Below, piece after piece: positions 57,877 through 64,000 of a stretch of 64,000 nucleotides of DNA. The stretch spans positions 62,558,001 through 62,622,000 of the forward strand of contig OX597819.1 of the NCBI GenBank assembly GCA_951406725.2, written 5' to 3'. Origin of the DNA: Octopus vulgaris. Taxonomy: Eukaryota. Below the pieces are notes generated by a model. It did no database searches. It was not told the origin of the DNA and saw nothing but the letters and a program-made list of their open reading frames with translations. A program made the translations under genes and the position numbers. Position 1 is the stretch's first letter, and every line of letters starts with the position of its first letter.

Positions 57877-57920
<44 letters not shown>

Positions 57921-58762
57921 CACATGTGTATGTATGTATATACATACACACATATATTTATATGTATATATATATGATTAGACGGATAATAGACAGATAT
58001 ACATACTGATGCACACACACGCACATATATGAAACGCAGGCGTCATAGAAGAAAATTTATATGAAGAAATTTTATACCAATAAGAAAATTTATATCAATT
58101 CTCTTCTACGAGATTGAAATAACTGTGATTGTTAGCGGTATAAATAACCATATTTTACAAATATAGACCTAAGATTTCTTTTAATGCTTTTTTTTACCTG
58201 TCTGACGAATAACTTGCTCAGACGTTACTTCCTGTTCTTTCTTTCTTTTTTCTTTCTTTCTTTCGTTCTTTCTTTCTTTCTTTCGTTCTTTCTTTCTTTC
58301 TTTCTTTCGTTCTTTCTTTCTTTCTTTTGTAGTAGAAGTTGTTGTTGTTGTAGTTGTAAATTCAATAAACTAATTATTTTAATTATTAATTAGCGACACA
58401 AATTAATAAATTCCCCAAAAAGAAAGAAAGAACCAAAAAAAAAAGCGAAGTATAGTTCGAAAGAAAATAAAAATTGCAACAAAAACAAACAAGAAAAGAC
58501 AAAGAAATCGAATCATTGATAAAATAAATGATTTTGTTTGTTTTAAGAACAGCACCATCTCCATAACCGCCACTGTCACATCACCACCACCACCACCACC
58601 GATACCAGTGCCAACACCAATACCATCATCACTGCTGCTGCTGCTACTACTATTACTACTGCTGCTGCTGCTTCTGCTGCCACTACTACTACTACTACCA
58701 TCGCTGCGTCCGTCACCAGCAACAGTTGCTGCTGTTACTACTACTACTACTACTACTACTAT

Positions 58763-58824
<62 letters not shown>

Positions 58825-59649
58825 GTGGTGCTGTTCCTTGGCCTTCTGGTATTGAGCAGAAGCCAGTGGGGATACGTTACAAGAAACAATCAAAGAGTTT
58901 CATGGAAAGAAGCAGGATACCACCCCGATAGCATTAAACACATTTTCGTAAAAAGAAACTAACAAGTGGCAATAGTGGTGTACAAAGTATGAACTAGGAT
59001 GGATTATTAAAATGTACAGCAGCCATATTGATTTTTTCAGAGAATGTTACTCACCATCCTCGATTTCTCTAACACATCAAATTCAAGTGTCTCATTCCAA
59101 TTTTTACCGGCATCTTTCAGTTGCATTGTTGACGTGGGCTATCCACACCAATTTCTCCATTTCTACATAACCTATGCGAAGGCAAGTGGGTAGTGATTGG
59201 GATGTTGCTCACACGATCGCAAGATTGTGGATTCGATCCCCGTACCAGCCGGTGTGTTGTATTCATGAGTAAAACACTTCCTTCCTCGCTGTTCCTCTGC
59301 GCTCATCTTTAAATGAGTAACCTTGTGAACGATTGGTGTCTCTTGCAGGGGGAATGTTGTGACCATGGTTACATATACGCTATAGCAACTGGATAACTGA
59401 CTCTTTGGGGCCTGGAGCTTCAGGCATTAATGTCCAATGTTAAAACAGAATTTGTCATTAATTTACTAGGAAGAAACGCTTCTCTTACAATCCTCGTCTT
59501 TCATTGTGACCGCTTGACCGGAAAGAAAAACGCTCAATCGTAAAGTCTTTCTGTCATGTCCTCCATTCAAATTCTTTTAATATGGCCATCAGTTAGAGGG
59601 AAACTACTTGCGTTTAAAAAGAATCGCAGTCATTTGATTATTACGATAG

Positions 59650-59980
59650 ACTCAACTGATAGCCGAATCTGTTCTACATGTGGTAACAGCTATTTTAAAT
59701 AAGCCTACAAAGAGCAATGTACGGCACCGAATGTGTATATGTTGGACGGTTTCGTCATCCTGCAAGCATTTCAGAAATTGCTGGTTGCTTGCGATTCTTA
59801 TACAGTCTAGCCAGTTGAGTTTATCCTGAACGAAGCCCATTTGTCGCACTGCTAGTCCTCCAGAGGAGACTGCTAAGACTGTCTCTTTCAATCCTGGAAT
59901 CACACCCAAGCCATCATCATTCATATCCTCCATTCAGCGTCTAGAGTTGCGCTTCTCAAACTGAGCAATATTGTTTCTTG
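59650..59980 (-). pseudogene. Possible L1/Tx1-type LINE C-terminal zinc-knuckle relic
   Basis: ..LAVR..KCLQDDETVQHIHIRC resembles C..ET..H...C (zf-RVT); heavily degraded. Confidence 0.4.
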
Positions 59981-60194
59981 GGCTGGGGTGAAGCAATAAA
60001 AAATGTTAAATATGGTTAATAGAAACAAAAAGAAAGTAAGAGGAGAGTAATAAATGCATCTCTACAATTTAAAAAAAATTCCTGTTTCATATTTAAATAT
60101 GAATATAAGTAGTTAAATATAATATGATAAACTGAATATTAGACACGATGACAAGGACAGTTACAATAATAGCAACAGCACCAACAATAATGAT

Positions 60195-60560
60195 AGACTT
60201 CGAATAAATGCAGAAGACCAAATATATAGCACCTATGCTTTTGAGATATGGATCTGTTACAGATTAGGTAGAATAAACAGGTTAAGAAATGCCTTTGTAC
60301 AAGGATATATGTAAGCCCCAAAACACCTTATTTTTGTGAATGAAGTCCACAAAGCTATTGTATTTTGGACATAGAATGTGCCATGACATCCTGACAGGAA
60401 GTGTTGAGGGGAAGAGAACAAAAGGCCTACAATGATGTTTGTGGACTGAGGACATCAAGGAATGTTACTGAAAGCAAGAGTCTGGCTAATTTTATGCAAG
60501 CGGCCCAACAACAACAACACGGAGGGAACTGAAGTGTGATAGCAAGTCAGCTCCTGAACA
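60195..60560 (+). pseudogene. RTE-clade LINE 3' fragment
   Basis: Piecewise AFEIW..R..RI, KLLYFGH.M.HD, ILTGSVEGKRTKG...WTEDIKE. Confidence 0.65.
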
Positions 60561-61959
60561 AAGGGAAGGCTCTGGCTGGTGGTTGATGTTGATGTTTATA
60601 CTGCTCGCTTGTAGTAGGGTGGTCATTTTAGTAAGTAGTCACCTGCGACAATCTCGTACCTGGAACTAAATTATTCTGGTGTGGTATTACGTGTTGAGAC
60701 AGGAAGAATGGTAGTGTGACGGGCATTGCACCGTAACAAGGGAGTGTTGATTAAAGAAAAAGGACCGACGATTATAAGAAAAGGTGTAGCTGTGCAGTAA
60801 GAAGCTTGCTTCTCAACCATATGGTTCCGGGTTCAGTCTCATTGTATGGCACTTTGAGCAAGTGTCTTCTACTATAACCTCGGGCCGACTAAAGCCTTGT
60901 AAAGTAGATAGAACTGGGTTAGGTCGATAGAAACTGAAAGAAGCCCGTCATACATACATATATATTTAATTATAAATATGTATGTGTGTGTGTGTGTCTC
61001 CGCTTGTGTGTGTTTGTCCCCCCACTGCTTAACAACCGATGTTGGTGTGTTTACACCGCAGTAACTTAAGGATTCGGCAGAGGAGAATGTGCTGGGACTG
61101 ATCCATTTGGCTAAAAATTCATCAAGGCATGGCCACAATGTAATAACTGAAAGTAAACGATAAACAATATATATATATATATATGAGCACTGCTTTAGAG
61201 ATTGTGAAGTATAATTTACCCCACACCAACCACATGGTTTAGCAGGCAGAGTAATACCATTCTATAAATTAGAAAGGGTCAAATTCATCTCGGGCATGAC
61301 TAAACAACCACAGCTCGGACAGTGAGTCGAACTGCAGACACACGTGTCCCGCGAACAACAGCCGCACCTGATCACCGTCGCCAAAACCTAACGAATTATT
61401 TCTGTTAACAACTATACCAACATAAAATATCTCGTTTCTTACGATTAGGACAACAAAATATCATCATCGTTATCATCATCATCATCATCAACATCATCAC
61501 CATCATCACCACCACCACCACCGCCGCCCCCGCCACCACCACTACCACCACCACCACCACCACCACCACCACCACCACCACCACCACATACTACTACTAC
61601 TACTACTACTACTAGATTTGTTTATTTTAATCCAAGCGGAAATCATTGTTTACGATCATTATTCAATAATGTTAATGATGATTACAACTCACGTTATTTA
61701 ATAATGTCAATGATGATGGTGATGATGATGATGATGATGATGATGATAATGATGATGGCATGATGATCATGATGATTACATAAACTTCAATAAGATCGAT
61801 ATTAATGGCATAATTCATCACCATCATCTTCTTCATAGTCATCATCATAACCCTCATCATCATCATCATCATCATCGTCGTTGTCGTCCTCGTCGTCGGC
61901 ATTACCATCATTATTAGCAAAATAATCTTTCGACATTGTCGTCATCATCATTGTCGTCG

Positions 61960-61996
<37 letters not shown>

Positions 61997-62151
61997 AATC
62001 ATCATCGTCATCGTCGTCGTCGTCGTCGTCGTCAGTAGCAAAATTTATCTTATCTTTATTTTTTAATTGTTTCGCTAAACTTCGAAAACAATTATAATAA
62101 TGTTTATAAAATTAAGAAGAAATTTTAATAAAAATAACACACAAAACAACG

Positions 62152-62202
<51 letters not shown>

Positions 62203-62379
62203 ACGTACATATACAAACACAGATATTAACTTACACAAATAAAAACACAAACGTTTCTGACTTGTCTTCCGGCCACAAGTAGAATAAGTTAATTAATTAA
62301 AGTCTGAAATATTTTTTATTTTCATACTGTATGAACTAACCTTTTTGGTACAATGTATATCTATAGGTATACAGAGGTT

Positions 62380-62393
62380 TATACATACATAAA

Positions 62394-62455
<62 letters not shown>

Positions 62456-62486
62456 AATATATATATATATGTATGTGTGTATATAT

Positions 62487-62555
<69 letters not shown>

Positions 62556-62677
62556 GTATAAATATATGTATATATATGTTTATATAGGTATATATATATA
62601 TATATAATGTACATGTATATAATATATATGTATATAAATATATATATGAATAATATATATATATATAAATATATGTA

Positions 62678-62722
<45 letters not shown>

Positions 62723-62724
62723 TA

Positions 62725-62768
<44 letters not shown>

Positions 62769-62935
62769 TATAAGTATGTAAATGTGTGTATACATACATG
62801 TAAAGGTATTTATATTTATATGTATATATATATATATATACATATGTAAACATATATATAGACATATATATATGTATACATATATATAAGTATATATATA
62901 TATGTATACATATATACTCAAACACGGAAACACGC

Positions 62936-62983
<48 letters not shown>

Positions 62984-63020
62984 TAATAATATACACACAC
63001 ACACAAAACATATATATTTA
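62380..63020. repeat. Long degenerate (TA)n/(TATG)n microsatellite, representative of dozens in the window
   Basis: Direct reading; similar blocks at 45125-45885, 29172-29580, 30375-30690, 38590-39003. Confidence 0.95.
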
Positions 63021-63146
63021 GTTTGATTATTGTACGCCTATATAACTGTATATATAGTTTGATATTACGCCAAATATCTATCAATCTATCTATCTATCTA
63101 CTGATCAATCTATCTTTCTTTCTATCTCTGCCTGTATGTCTGTCTA

Positions 63147-63225
<79 letters not shown>

Positions 63226-63508
63226 TCACACACAAATACATATGTTGATGTTATTTATAATTTGAGTCAAATCGAATGTGTTTACACGTATCATAACATT
63301 GGCACTGAAATTCATATTTCAGTATCAACCTAAAATTAGCCTTTTTATATCACGTGAGTTAGTATTTTTCAACATACGCACAAACACGCATACATATATG
63401 CACACGCACATATACACTACACCATACGATTTTTATATGTTGTTTAGAAATGTAGAAATATATTCTCGTCTGTCTGTCTGTCTGTCTGTCTGTCTCCCTC
63501 ACATCCTT

Positions 63509-63588
<80 letters not shown>

Positions 63589-64000
63589 CATATAAACAAA
63601 TAGATACATACATAGATACATGCATAGATACATACATACATATATATATACTTACATACACATACACACACACATATATATATTACATATGTGTGTATAT
63701 ATATATACAGAGAGAAAGAGAGTGTGGTAGATAGATATACATAGATATACATATACATAAACAAATATACATATACATATATATACACACATCTCTCTCT
63801 GTATACATACATACACACACACATAAATATATGTATATATATGTATATATTCTATTGTGTGCGCCCCTTCCACACAATCTATATGGAAAAAAATTACGCT
63901 GATCTTCTAAATCTTAATATTTCTCTCTTTTTAGCCCAGATTTAGTAGTGGAAACGAACCTGACCAGAATAACGTAAGACAACGAATTCGCGTAATACAT

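Overview
Eukaryotic, AT-rich, extremely microsatellite-dense DNA that is almost entirely intronic/intergenic. The tRNA-derived SINE families and (TA)n/(CA)n/(TATC)n load look like an octopus (coleoid cephalopod) genome; this is an inference. Nearly all ORFs in the supplied track are microsatellite translations. The one credible host coding exon (1018->568, minus strand) encodes a signal peptide plus an IGFBP-N-type Cys-rich domain (CCN/CRIM1/IGFBP-rP-like) and ends at a GT donor. The dominant element is a ~5.3 kb, 5'-truncated but nearly intact Penelope-like retroelement (23250-28525; RT + GIY-YIG) sitting between (TA)n tracts. Its upstream ORF joins the RT ORF through a correctly phased HIV-type U_UUU_UUA -1 slippery site, and its 3' end holds a hammerhead-ribozyme (HHR) fold. 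Several other short elements carry HHR folds: one canonical, others with compensatory C3:G8 -> U3:A8 or G3:C8 core swaps. A 2.4-copy 836-bp non-coding tandem repeat carries HHR core motifs in permuted (type II) order. Also present: Helitrons, a DD37D/maT transposase relic, hAT MITEs with 8-bp TSDs, R4/RTE/Tx1 LINE relics, many SINEs and several long inverted repeats. All RNA folds were paired by eye and not computed.
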